Source of the DNA: a bacterium
Lineage (GTDB): Bacteria > Hinthialibacterota > Hinthialibacteria > Hinthialibacterales > Hinthialibacteraceae
Direction of reading: 5' to 3'
Length of the DNA: 64,000 nucleotides
Assembly: GCA_963662285.2 (NCBI GenBank)
Contig: CAXXMV010000003.1
Span: 320,001-384,000 of the forward strand
Part shown: one piece after another, positions 41,963 to 52,600 of the stretch
Numbering within the stretch: position 1 is the stretch's first letter
Layout: every line of letters begins with the position of its first letter
Position numbers and translations under genes: made by a program
The notes under the pieces: model-generated
Databases searched by the model: none
What the model saw: the letters and a program-made list of their open reading frames with translations, nothing else
What the model was told of the DNA's origin: nothing

Positions 41963-42835
41963 ATGTTAGAAAAACAGAAATTTTCGCGTCGCACCGCATT
42001 ACAAACCCTAGTACTGGGCGCCGCCGGAGTCATGTTTCCCATATCTGAAGCCAAGGCTCAGTTAAAAGGCCGCATCAAACAATCCGTCACATCAGGGATT
42101 GGCAATAAACTCCCTCCTGATCAGTTTTTTCAACTCTGTAAGGAGATGGGATTAGTCGGGCTGGATTTCGTCGGCGCCGACAAATGGCCTCTGCTGAAAA
42201 AACATGGCCTGGTCTGCACTCTGGCCAGTGGAGCGGGTTCCATACTGCATGGCGCCGCTGATAAGCGTAATCACGCTGGCATGTTGCAACAATTTAATTC
42301 CAACATCAAAGCCGCCGCTGAATATAAATGGCGTAATGTCATCACTATGTCCGGTCAATGTCATGGCATGAGCGATGAAGAAGGTATGGATAACTGTTTG
42401 ATCGTTCTGAAGGAAGCAGTGAAAATTGCTGAAGATTACGGCGTCACCATCTGCATGGAACTTCTCAACAGTAAAGTGAATCACCCCGACTACATGTGCG
42501 ACCATACGGCCTGGGGCGTTGAACTGTGCAAGCGCGTCGGCTCGCCCCGCTTCAAACTGCTCTACGATATATACCACATGCAGATTCAGGAAGGCGATAT
42601 CATTCGCACCATACGCCAAAGCATCGACTACATCGGGCATTTCCATACCGCAGGAAATCCGGGGCGCAATGACCTGGATGATGAGCAGGAACTCTACTAT
42701 CCAGCCATAATGCGCGCTATAGCCCGCCTGACCGAAGAAGGCCGTTATGACGGCTATGTCGCCCATGAATTCGGCGCTAAAAGCAAAAACAAACTCGATT
42801 CCCTGAGACACGCCGTGCAGGTTTGTGATGTTTAA
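41963..42835 (+). CDS. Tat-exported hydroxypyruvate isomerase / xylose-isomerase-like TIM-barrel protein
   Basis: SRRTAL Tat motif; MELLNS, LLYDIYHMQIQEG, HFHTAGNPGR, HEF. Confidence 0.88.
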   Translation: MLEKQKFSRRTALQTLVLGAAGVMFPISEAKAQLKGRIKQSVTSGIGNKLPPDQFFQLCKEMGLVGLDFVGADKWPLLKKHGLVCTLASGAGSILHGAADKRNHAGMLQQFNSNIKAAAEYKWRNVITMSGQCHGMSDEEGMDNCLIVLKEAVKIAEDYGVTICMELLNSKVNHPDYMCDHTAWGVELCKRVGSPRFKLLYDIYHMQIQEGDIIRTIRQSIDYIGHFHTAGNPGRNDLDDEQELYYPAIMRAIARLTEEGRYDGYVAHEFGAKSKNKLDSLRHAVQVCDV

Positions 42836-42880
42836 GTCTCTCTAGATACTACTGACGATTTTCGGCAAAGGAGTAATCCC

Positions 42881-44584
42881 ATGAAAATTCGTACCTTGAT
42901 GCTGTTATTAATATTAAACGCTCTGGTTCTTCCTGCTTTTTCGCAAAACCATCTATACCGTGGACTGACCGGCCGCGAATGCCCGGATGGCTCCGCTTTC
43001 ATAAGTTGGCGGATGCTGGACACCGATGACCATGACGTAGCATTTTTGCTTACGCGAAGAACCCTGGGCGATCCCGGTTCTTTCGAAGACCTTAAATTGG
43101 TCAATAACGGAAACATTAACAACTTCGCCGATAAGGATGTCGAACAAGGCAAAGAATATGAATACTATCTGTTCGACAAAAAACGTCCCCGGCGGGCTAT
43201 CCAGAAAACCCGGCTTAAAATTACCGGTAAAGCACTACCTTATATATCCATACCGCTCCAAGGCAACTATGATTTCCAGAAAATCGCCATAGGCGATCTG
43301 GATGGTGATGGCGAATATGAATACGTCATCAAGCAACCCAATTTCAACACCGATCCATATCAACAGCCCGGCTATTGGAAAAAGAGCATCGATACCTACA
43401 AACTCGAAGCCTATGACGGTAATGGCCGTTTCATGTGGCGTTACGATATGGGATGGTCTATCGAAGCGGGCATCTGGTATTCACCCTGGATCGTTTATGA
43501 CGTCGATGGAGACGGCAAAGCGGAAGTCTATTGCAAAGCGGGTGAAGGCGATCCGCGTGATGAGAAAGGTCTGGTTCAATCCGGCCCCGAATGGCTGGTC
43601 AAACTGGATGGACAAACCGGCAAAGTAGTCGCCAAGACCGATTGGTTAAGCCGCGATGGATTTAGTTCATACAACTACTATTGTCGTAATTTCCTGACCG
43701 TGGCCTATCTGGATGGAGTCAATCCATCCCTGGTCATGCAGCGCGGAACTTACCGATTGATCAAAATGCAGGCGCTGGATAAGAACTTCAATCAAATATG
43801 GTATTGGGACGCCAAAGAAGATGGGCCATATAAGAAATACCGCGGTCAGAGTTCGCACGGTTTGATTTCGGCTGACGTCGACCAGGATGGCAAAGACGAA
43901 CTGGTCATGGGCGCCGCTGTGATTGATAACGATGGAACAGGATTATGGACCCTGGCTATGGGGCATCCCGATGAATGTTATTGCGCCGATATTGATCCAG
44001 ATAATCCCGGCCTGGAAATATTCTATGGTTTTGAAACCCGCCAAAAAACTGATGGATTCTGCGTGGTAGATGCTCAAACAGGAAAAAAACTGTGGACTCA
44101 TAAAGAACCGACCAAACACCTTCACGGTCAGGGCATGTGCGGCGACGTTCTGGCTGACTTTCCCGGAATGGAAGTCTACGGCGGCGAACGCGACACTGAA
44201 GACCGCTGGTTGTACAGCGCTAAAGGCGATTTGATCAAACTATATCAGGGCGGAACCTTATCCCCGCGTCCGGTATGGTGGGACGCTGATCCAACCAAAG
44301 AAGTAGTAATGAACGGGGCTATTAGCGACTGGGGTGGAGAGGCCATGCAAAAGTTAGAGGGACGTATGATAGCAGTGGTTGATTGCATCGGCGATCACCG
44401 CGAAGAGGTTATCACTACCGTAAAAGGGAAGGGCGACGAAAAAGGCGAATTGCGCATCTACACTACTTCTATACCAACGCAAACAATGCGCCCCTGTCTG
44501 ATGCAGGACCGTCAATACCGGCTGGGCGTATGCGCTCAGACTATGGGGTATTACTATCCTGCGCAGCTGGGATTGGAGAAATGA
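42881..44584 (+). CDS. Rhamnogalacturonan lyase-like protein (PL11, YesW/YesX-like)
   Basis: FISWRML, GDLDGDGEYEYVIK, VYDVDGDGKAEV, AYLDG..PS, GQSSH, GHPD, LMQDRQYR. Confidence 0.8.
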   Translation: MKIRTLMLLLILNALVLPAFSQNHLYRGLTGRECPDGSAFISWRMLDTDDHDVAFLLTRRTLGDPGSFEDLKLVNNGNINNFADKDVEQGKEYEYYLFDKKRPRRAIQKTRLKITGKALPYISIPLQGNYDFQKIAIGDLDGDGEYEYVIKQPNFNTDPYQQPGYWKKSIDTYKLEAYDGNGRFMWRYDMGWSIEAGIWYSPWIVYDVDGDGKAEVYCKAGEGDPRDEKGLVQSGPEWLVKLDGQTGKVVAKTDWLSRDGFSSYNYYCRNFLTVAYLDGVNPSLVMQRGTYRLIKMQALDKNFNQIWYWDAKEDGPYKKYRGQSSHGLISADVDQDGKDELVMGAAVIDNDGTGLWTLAMGHPDECYCADIDPDNPGLEIFYGFETRQKTDGFCVVDAQTGKKLWTHKEPTKHLHGQGMCGDVLADFPGMEVYGGERDTEDRWLYSAKGDLIKLYQGGTLSPRPVWWDADPTKEVVMNGAISDWGGEAMQKLEGRMIAVVDCIGDHREEVITTVKGKGDEKGELRIYTTSIPTQTMRPCLMQDRQYRLGVCAQTMGYYYPAQLGLEK

Positions 44585-44588
44585 AATC

Positions 44589-44627
44589 GTCGGGTGGGCT
44601 AAAAGCCGCAAAGCGGCGTAGCCCATC
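44589..44627. repeat. REP-like palindrome between convergent genes
   Basis: gtcgggtgggcta-aaa-gccgc-aaa-gcggc-g-tagcccatc. Confidence 0.55.
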
Positions 44628-44657
44628 AAAACCACCTGCGTTTTGTTAGTCGTAGTA

Positions 44658-44942
44658 TTAATTGGCGATCACGATGTCTTCGATAATTTCCTGACCGTGA
44701 TCCCGCTGAGCGATGGCAAGGTCATAATGCATCTGGAGGTTCATCCAAAACTCCGGGGAGTTGTCAAAATAACGCCCGAGACGAAGCGCTGTATCGGGAC
44801 TGACGGAGCGTTTTCCGTGAATGATCTGACTGATCCTTCCGGGAGGGACGCCGAGCATTTGGGCGAAGCGATTGATCGAGAGTTCTCTCGCTTCCAATTC
44901 GTCTTTCAAGATTTCACCTGGATGAGAGGGTATACGTTTCAT
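44658..44942 (-). CDS. higA: HigA family antitoxin
   Basis: HPGEIL, HTH, TALRLGRYF..SPEFWMNLQ..YDL. Confidence 0.95.
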   Translation of the reverse strand: MKRIPSHPGEILKDELEARELSINRFAQMLGVPPGRISQIIHGKRSVSPDTALRLGRYFDNSPEFWMNLQMHYDLAIAQRDHGQEIIEDIVIAN

Positions 44943-44947
44943 GGATT

Positions 44948-45235
44948 TTAACCTTCGTGATAATCAACTAATTCAACATTATATGCGTCACCGTCATGAA
45001 AGTCGAAACAGATGCGCCAAGGTCCGTTCACGGAAATCGCCCATTGTCCTTTTCGCTCACCTTTCAGTGAGTGAAGATTGACGCTTTTGAGAGGCGGGAT
45101 GTCCGACAGCCTACTAGCGGCATGGAGAATATCAAACCGCTTGATAGCCAATTGGACATTCACCGTACGGAATTGACGGACTTCATCTCCCTCATAGAAC
45201 TTTCGTGTTATCGTGTTTTTGAACGATTTGATCAT
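44948..45235 (-). CDS. higB: HigB (RelE-like) toxin
   Basis: MIKSFK, LHSLKGERKGQWAISVNGPWRICF, VELVDYH; toxin upstream of antitoxin. Confidence 0.95.
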   Translation of the reverse strand: MIKSFKNTITRKFYEGDEVRQFRTVNVQLAIKRFDILHAASRLSDIPPLKSVNLHSLKGERKGQWAISVNGPWRICFDFHDGDAYNVELVDYHEG

Positions 45236-45240
45236 AGAAT

Positions 45241-45269
45241 AGAGTAGAACGTATTACGTTACACGTCAA
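45241..45269 (-). promoter_or_regulatory. higBA promoter with operator palindrome
   Basis: TTGACG-17 bp-TACTCT; the spacer holds AACGTA-T-TACGTT (45248-45260). Confidence 0.7.
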
Positions 45270-45308
45270 GAAAATAATTCTAATCAATTAGATATTTAGG
45301 ATGGAGAT

Positions 45309-48110
45309 ATGATGAAATTTTTTATTAACCTAATGAATAGTTTATTACTCACTTTATGCTTCCTGTTTATTTCGACCTTCTCGCTTATGAGCAGCCAGGC
45401 GGCTTCAATCCAAGTCGACTCTATTTGGTGCAACGACAAAATCAATCCTATGGGAGTATCCATAAATGATGTTGATTTCAGTTGGAAATTGACCTCTGAA
45501 GAGAGAAATCAGCATCAAACAGCCCTGCGTATAGTGGTATCTTCTTCGAGGACTTTGCTCGAATCCGGCGCTTATGATGTCTGGGATTCTGGGAAGATCG
45601 AAACTCAACAAAACCTCAATACGCCTTATGTTGGAACTGCATTAGGCTCAGGAAAAACCTACTATTGGCAGGTGAAGGTTTGGGACAAGGATCAAACTGA
45701 ATCTGAATGGAGTCAGGTTGGTAAGTTTGTAACTGGTTTAGATCAATCTGAAGATTGGGCGCCAGCTACGTGGATTGGTTATGAAAAGATGTCTGATGCG
45801 GAAATTGTGGTTCCCGGTATTCATGGAAATGGCGATAATCTTGGCGACCGCGCTTTGAAACGGCCAGTCGCTCCATTGTTTCGCAAAGAGTTTCAGGTAA
45901 AGAAAAAAGTGGTCAGCGCATTGCTCTTCATCAGCGGCTTGGGGCATTATGAAGCCAGCATCAATGGTGAAAAAGTGGGTGACGCTTTCTTATCTCCAGG
46001 TTGGACTAAGTATGATAAAACCTGCCTCTATAACACCTATGATGTCACGGAAAACCTGAAGTCCGGGGATAATGCGCTGGGAATCATTGTCGGCAATGGC
46101 TTCTATAATATCAATAGGGAAAGATACCGTAAATTAGTCATCGCCTATGGAATGCCGAAAACCATCTGTAAATTGAGCATAAAATACGATGATGGTTCGG
46201 TTCAAACTGTTGCAACAGAGGACAGTTGGAAAACCTCTCCATCACCGATCACATACAACAGCATATTCGGCGGCGAGGATTATGACGCCCGCATGGAACA
46301 ATCCGGCTGGGATCAAACGGGATTTGATGATTCTAAATGGAAAACAGCCATTAGCGCCAAGGTTCCCCAAGGGAAATTAGTCGCAGAAATTGATTATCCT
46401 CTTAATGTCATGCAGACGATTAAGGTTAAGGAAATCACTAAATTGTCGTCTGATTCATATCTATATGATTACGGTCAAAACGCTTCCGGCATAATTGAAT
46501 TGAAGGTTAAAGGTAAAAAAGGCCATAAGATTATTCTTCAGCCTGGTGAATTGATTGACGACAAACATCACGCCAATCAAAATGCATCTGGTAAACCATA
46601 TATATACAGTTATATATTAAAAGGCGATGGAGAAGAGGTATGGAGGCCGCGATTCACGTACTATGGTTTCCGCTATGTACAAGTTGATGGCGCCACACCC
46701 CATGAAAACCAGGCGTTGCCTCAGATATTGAGCCTTAAATTGCTTCATACCCGTAATGCAGCCCCCTTAAACGGTCAATTCAGTTGCTCAAGTCCTTTGT
46801 TTAACCGGATTTATACATTGATCCAATGGGCTATCAAAAGCAATCTCCAAAGCGTTGTGACAGATTGCCCCCACCGGGAAAAATTGGGTTGGATGGAACA
46901 AACCCACTTGATGGGCGGAGGAATTCACTACAATTTCTCTATCAATCATTTATATCAACAGCTGGTCATGGATATGATTGATTCACAGGAATCCAATGGC
47001 CTGGTTCCTGATATCGCGCCTGAGTATGTTGAATTTGATGGAGGTTTCAGGGATTCTCCTGAATGGGGCAGCGCGGCGGTAATACTGCCTTGGTATATCT
47101 ATAAGTGGTATGGAAATCAGGGAGTTATTGAAAATGCCTGGCCTATGATGAAAAAATACGTGGATTATCTGAGAAGCAAAGCTGAGGATAATATCCTGTC
47201 CCATGGACTGGGGGACTGGTATGATTTGGGTCCGAAATTCCCCGGCGAAGCGCAACTGACCCCGAAAGCGCTGACAGCAACCGCTACATATTATTATGAT
47301 GCCGCCCTTCTAAGTAAGATGTCGCGTCTCATAGGTAAAGTGGATGATTCAGAGAAATATTTCGATTTGTCTGAAAAAATCAAAAACTCGTTCAATCAAA
47401 AATTCTTTGATGAAAATACCAATATCTATTCAACTGGCAGCCAAACAGCTATGGCCATGCCGTTATGCGTCGGTTTGGTTGATGAGAAAAACCGTCAGAA
47501 AGTATTCAATAATCTAGTATTATCAATCGAAAACTCAGATAAAGCCTTAACTGCCGGAGATGTTGGCTTCCATTATCTGATTAAAGCCCTGGAAGAAGGC
47601 GGGGCGGCGCAGTTAATTTTTGAAATGAATAACCGTGATGATATTCCAGGCTATGGTTATCAATTAAAAAAAGGCGCTACGGCCTTAACAGAATCATGGG
47701 CCGCCCTAAGGGAAGTGTCGAATAACCACTTGATGTTGGGTCACATTATGGAATGGTTCTATAGTGGATTAGCGGGTATCGGTCAAACCGAAGATTCGGT
47801 GGCTTATAAGACGATAGAAATCAAACCACAGTTCGTAGAGGGTATTAATTGGGCTAAAGCCAGCTATGATTGTCCCAGTGGAACTATCAAATCAGGCTGG
47901 AGAACAACAAAAGATAGTATATTCCTAAGTGTAACAATTCCAGTTAATTCTGGCGCTCTAGTACATCTCCCGGCGCAAGATATATCCAGTATAATGGAAT
48001 CGGGAAAGAGATTAAAAGATATAAAGGATATTATTATAGAATCCTCTCCAGGAGACGAGATCATTCTGCGCTTAGGATGTGGGTCTTATGATTTCGAAAT
48101 TATCCGATAA
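45309..48110 (+). CDS. GH78 alpha-L-rhamnosidase
   Basis: WDSGK, APLFRKEF, FTYYGFRYVQ, TDCPHREKLGW, GLGDW, GATALTESW, NHLMLG. Confidence 0.93.
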   Translation: MMKFFINLMNSLLLTLCFLFISTFSLMSSQAASIQVDSIWCNDKINPMGVSINDVDFSWKLTSEERNQHQTALRIVVSSSRTLLESGAYDVWDSGKIETQQNLNTPYVGTALGSGKTYYWQVKVWDKDQTESEWSQVGKFVTGLDQSEDWAPATWIGYEKMSDAEIVVPGIHGNGDNLGDRALKRPVAPLFRKEFQVKKKVVSALLFISGLGHYEASINGEKVGDAFLSPGWTKYDKTCLYNTYDVTENLKSGDNALGIIVGNGFYNINRERYRKLVIAYGMPKTICKLSIKYDDGSVQTVATEDSWKTSPSPITYNSIFGGEDYDARMEQSGWDQTGFDDSKWKTAISAKVPQGKLVAEIDYPLNVMQTIKVKEITKLSSDSYLYDYGQNASGIIELKVKGKKGHKIILQPGELIDDKHHANQNASGKPYIYSYILKGDGEEVWRPRFTYYGFRYVQVDGATPHENQALPQILSLKLLHTRNAAPLNGQFSCSSPLFNRIYTLIQWAIKSNLQSVVTDCPHREKLGWMEQTHLMGGGIHYNFSINHLYQQLVMDMIDSQESNGLVPDIAPEYVEFDGGFRDSPEWGSAAVILPWYIYKWYGNQGVIENAWPMMKKYVDYLRSKAEDNILSHGLGDWYDLGPKFPGEAQLTPKALTATATYYYDAALLSKMSRLIGKVDDSEKYFDLSEKIKNSFNQKFFDENTNIYSTGSQTAMAMPLCVGLVDEKNRQKVFNNLVLSIENSDKALTAGDVGFHYLIKALEEGGAAQLIFEMNNRDDIPGYGYQLKKGATALTESWAALREVSNNHLMLGHIMEWFYSGLAGIGQTEDSVAYKTIEIKPQFVEGINWAKASYDCPSGTIKSGWRTTKDSIFLSVTIPVNSGALVHLPAQDISSIMESGKRLKDIKDIIIESSPGDEIILRLGCGSYDFEIIR

Positions 48111-48485
48111 AACATATAACTATGAGCATATTATCTATGGAAGAGATAGTATTTATTTGATATGAATGATTGCAATGATCTTATTTGAAGCAAACGGCTG
48201 GAATTCCTGTGTAATTGATTATTGCATGAATTCATCCCAAATTTATTTCTTAGGAATTTAGGAGACTTGAGAAGTTGTATTTTGTGAAAAATGGGTAATA
48301 TGAAAAAAAGTGAAAAAAAATCATTTTTCTATTACAAATACTTGAAAGATAGTATATACTGTCTTTGTCTACCAGCTTTTTCTGCATTACCGGATCATAC
48401 AAAATTTCTTTGGTTTCACCATTGTTGTTTTGGCATCCTTTAGTAGAACAGGGAAAGCGGAGCGTTATCACAAAGGAGGCCGAAA

Positions 48486-48689
48486 ATGGCAACTGGAAAA
48501 GTAAAATGGTTTAACGAGCAAAAAGGTTTTGGTTTTATTGAGCAATCAGACGGACAAGAATTGTTTGTACATCACACAGGCATTGCTGGAGATGGATTCA
48601 AAAACTTGTACGAAAATCAAGAAGTTGAGTTTGACACAGAACAAGGCGACAAGGGTCTAAAGGCTATTAACGTTAGAGTCATGTCCTAA
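48486..48689 (+). CDS. cspA: Cold-shock protein
   Basis: GKVKWFNEQKGFGFI, LFVHH; AAGGAGG RBS. Confidence 0.95.
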   Translation: MATGKVKWFNEQKGFGFIEQSDGQELFVHHTGIAGDGFKNLYENQEVEFDTEQGDKGLKAINVRVMS

Positions 48690-48738
48690 TTACTCAACAT
48701 CTTATTAGATTTTTCTAATAAACTCAATTCTGTATTTG

Positions 48739-48776
48739 AAACCGCTATGCGTCACATAATTCATAGCGGTTTTTTT
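48739..48776 (+). terminator. Rho-independent terminator
   Basis: aaaccgctatg-loop-catagcggttt followed by a T-run. Confidence 0.85.
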
Positions 48777-48909
48777 AATGTATAAAATTATAAAAATCTC
48801 ATTCTGTGAACTCGTGTTTGCGGAGCATCTCGCATTTATGTGGTTCGTCTATTGCGGAATAGTTCTCCATTATGAGCTGGAAAAGGCGTTGAAAGGGTAG
48901 GGGAGGCGT

Positions 48910-49170
48910 TTAGTATACTTGGGTGTGAGTTCCGACACGATAAAACATGACCGTTTGATAATTATTCCCTTCTTCGAAAACCAATCGTAAATCTCCCCCA
49001 GCAGAGATTGCGCGTTTCCCCGTTTCTTTTCCATGTAGAGCATGATTTCTGAGTTGTGAATCAAACGGATTCTGTATAAAGATGGTTATGGTTTCATCAA
49101 CTTTCATTTGTTGTTTTGGGGTGAGTTTTACAAAGGCTTTATCAAAATTTTTGTGATAAATTATCTCCAT
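48910..49170 (-). CDS. RelE/StbE/YafQ-family mRNA interferase toxin
   Basis: F.KAF.KL, NPFDSQLRNHALHG, DLRLVF, VGTHTQVY. Confidence 0.88.
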   Translation of the reverse strand: MEIIYHKNFDKAFVKLTPKQQMKVDETITIFIQNPFDSQLRNHALHGKETGKRAISAGGDLRLVFEEGNNYQTVMFYRVGTHTQVY

Positions 49171-49428
49171 CTAGGGTTTTCTCATTAATCTGCGTAAATG
49201 CTCGTTGGCTTCTTCCCCCACAAAAGGCCCGCTAACATTGATGCCTTGCTTGGCCTCTCGTGCGTCTTGTTCGATCTTAGCCATGTCTTCATCTGAATAG
49301 TTCGTGATTTTAAACGATTCGTTTTTTACGGCATTTACAAAATCGGCAACTATCCGCATTTTTTCCGGAGACAATGTTTTGATAGTAAGAGTGAGTTCTT
49401 CGACTGTATTCACTTTTGTTCTCTCCAT
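49171..49428 (-). CDS. Putative antitoxin
   Basis: Stop directly abuts the toxin ATG; acidic C-terminal half ending SGPF...EHLR; TTGACA and TATAAT-like boxes at 49453-49483. Confidence 0.7.
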   Translation of the reverse strand: MERTKVNTVEELTLTIKTLSPEKMRIVADFVNAVKNESFKITNYSDEDMAKIEQDAREAKQGINVSGPFVGEEANEHLRRLMRKP

Positions 49429-49583
49429 TTTTTATTAGAAGTTCTATAACCTATTATATTACGTAAAAACCCGATTTTGTCAAAAGAAATATGTTTTTTG
49501 AAAGGATAAGGCGGGGCATAACTTCTAACCACAGGATAAAAGAGATATTGGGCATGTTCTGGTTTATAATTGTCGGTTTATGA

Positions 49584-49613
49584 GACTGGGGGAGCGCGGC
49601 GGCTCCCCCAGTC
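49584..49613. repeat. Perfect 12-bp inverted repeat (terminator or REP derivative)
   Basis: gactgggggagc-gcggcg-gctcccccagtc; arm resembles gctccccagtc at 56231. Confidence 0.55.
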
Positions 49614-49681
49614 AAACAGAGTGACAAGATTGATAATTCGTTATCTTATGCTAATAAGTTAGTCAGAGTACTAGAACTTAT

Positions 49682-52600
49682 CTAATAAACCTTGAACGGT
49701 TTGTATAAACCGTAATCCATTACGTCATACTTTTCGCCGGATGGCTGCCCTTCTTTGGGTCCGTTTCGGAACATGCCAGGCCATGCAGCGCCCCGGCCTG
49801 ATCCATTGTGATATGGTCCTAACAGATTCTTGAGGCTGCCGAATACTGTAACAGTAATGGTATTTTCACCGGACTTCATCTGGTCGCTGATATCCAGCTG
49901 CCAGGGCTGCCAGCCGATATAACCGGCGGTTTCGCCATTGACATCAACCCGCGCCGCTGTTCCTTCCCATTCATCCAGAGCAACATAGTGAGCCTTGGAT
50001 TGACCATCACATTGGAATTTCTGGGTATATGATACTTGGTGAGCGTAATGAGGTTTGCCTTGTTTCGCCCAGGAACCCAGTTCTAATTGCGACGGCTTCT
50101 CAATGCTCCATCCCTTAACTGCGCTTTTCAGATTGAAATCTCCCACCAGATAGACTGACTCAGGTTCATGATGAAGAGTAAAGGGACTGGCAATGGTTGT
50201 AATAACATTGCGTCCTTTTTTCAGTTGATCTGATTTTAAGATGTAAACATTAAAAAAGTGATCCAGCCACCATTGATCTTTTTCAGGCTCTATAATGGCG
50301 CCATTAATCTTCACCTGATAACGGTCGCCGCGTTCGACAACCAGTTTCAAATCAGAACTGGAAGAGAAATCACCAATTACGAAGGGGTAGCGTAACTCAA
50401 AGCCGCTATCCTTGGGGAACTTATCTTTTTTGATAAGTTCATCCTTGAACTGAACTGCGCTGTCCCAGGGATTTCCGTTGAATCCATGCGCCTTATAGAT
50501 TTTGTTTTGCGCTTGGTAGAAATACAGCCCTTCGGTGGTTTCGCCATTCAAAACCAGGTCGACGTAATCCAATGGCAATGCATTCTCCTGCTGCATTGCT
50601 ATGCTTAGATCACCAACAGCTTTGAGCGGTTTTGTGCTGTATTCTATTTTAGCGATAGCATCAGTATGCCCTTTTTTCTTGGGATAGATAACGTACATCG
50701 CGCTGCCCGCCGGATAGAGTTTTGCACTCCAGTTGATAGATGCTTTGGCATCCTTTTTACCCTGAGTGAAATCAACCGTATGGATAGTTCCATCTACCAG
50801 ATTCCATTCTTCAACCAATCTACCTTGTGCGTTCATCTCTACATCAGCGTTATGAGTTATGCTGGTGTTTGTTACGAACAAAATGTTGGCGTCATCCAGT
50901 TCACGCAGATAGTGAAATACGCGTTCGCCGGACGGTGATTTGGAATTTACAGTAACCTTGGGATTGCCCCAGTCTTCTTTTAGTTGCTGGTTTGATATTT
51001 TTTCAATCCATCTCTTACCAGCTATTTTCTTGATCTCTTGAGCGGCGTCATCTTCTTGTCCATCAACGTAAGGAGGCGTTCCAACATAACTGATGATGGT
51101 TCCGCCGTTTTTAGCGAACTTATTAAGTAATTTAATGGTGGCGCTTTCCAGATTATCCAATCCGGGAGGAAGCACGACAACCTGATACTTGCATTCTCCA
51201 ATAACAAGGTTTTTGCCTTTGACTTTGGCGTGATCGGCCATTACCGGTTCACTGCCCAGGTCATAGGAAACATGATCTGAAGCAAGGTCTGTTGAATATT
51301 TCTGGAATTCGACTCCTAGTTTATTTAATGCATCTCCTTGAGTCGCGCTCCAGTTATACGGCCATCCTGATGTGGTTGGTTCGATAACCAGAATGGGATT
51401 GCGTTCTTTACCAGCTGACAAAGCCCAGGATAGGCGGCCAAAATAATCCATTGAAATATGGTAAGCTTCCCAATATGGGGCGTGGTATGAAAATGACTGT
51501 GGATGGTCGCGTTTACGGGCGCCGCGTATGGTGTAGTAGCTGAGATGTGGATTCATCAGATTGATGCCGCCGACATAGAGAAAATCGCCGATGCGCTTCA
51601 TATCTTCAATTGTCAGTTCCCAACCGCCAGCGCCATAGGTCTCGCATAATTTTCTGACGCGACCGAACTGGTTGGCGATGCTGGAAATTTCTTTGCTAGC
51701 CCGATAGTTGCCGAATTGGGCTCCGGGGCCTTCGCTGTATTGATTCATCAGACAATCGATGCCGGGCCAGTGCTGCCATGAGTTGTAACTCATTACGTCT
51801 GGATTATGAGAAGCGTTGGGCCATCCATGTTCCCAGATATGTCCTGTGGTTGGTAGGCCGCGTTTTTCGCAGGCTTCATAATAGGGTTTGGCGAAGTTAT
51901 TCATGAACAAATCTAGGATAGTAACCGCATAGTCATGGCGGATTTTCCGCCAGTCGCCTAAATCGGCGTGAATCGAGGGCAGGTGATCCAGAATATCGTA
52001 TCCCCAGCGTTTTTCAAATGCTTTGGCCAATACGGGAGACCAACAACCAGCCACTTGGGGTTCATCGGTGAAACAGGCTAAAACCTGGTTTCCATATAAA
52101 TCAGAAAGGGCTGAATCATAAGCGCCTAAGGTAACCTTGATAAACTCATCGGCCACTTTAGGATTCATCAAATCAACGTAAGTCCGGTTGCCGTACCAGG
52201 GCGCGTTTTGTGAAAAACGAATGTCGTATTGAATATAAGAGCCGGATTTAAGCCCTAAATCTTTAGCGGATTTTTCGCCTTGAGTTATTTCCGGCAACGC
52301 AACCCGCTCATATTCGCCGTTCTGCTCATCGACAATCCGGTACAAGCCTTCGGTATTAGCGCTTACACTGATTTGATCCATCTGGTCGGCGGAATATTGT
52401 TTACGGTTTAATGACGCCTGTTGTACATTGGGTAAATTTTCCGGTACATGGCCGCCAGCAAAGCCTGAGGGGTAACTGTTCTCATCATAAATATAGGTTA
52501 CCATACCTCTTTTTTTAGACTCATCCGCCGTAAAGCGCCACATTTCAAGCCAACGCTCAGATAGATAAGGCGTAATCAAACCGGGGCGGGGATGTACGAA

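Noticed and set aside
48790-48870. GC-richer intergenic stretch with GGTTCG as a tRNA
   Set aside because: No cloverleaf or acceptor stem can be formed
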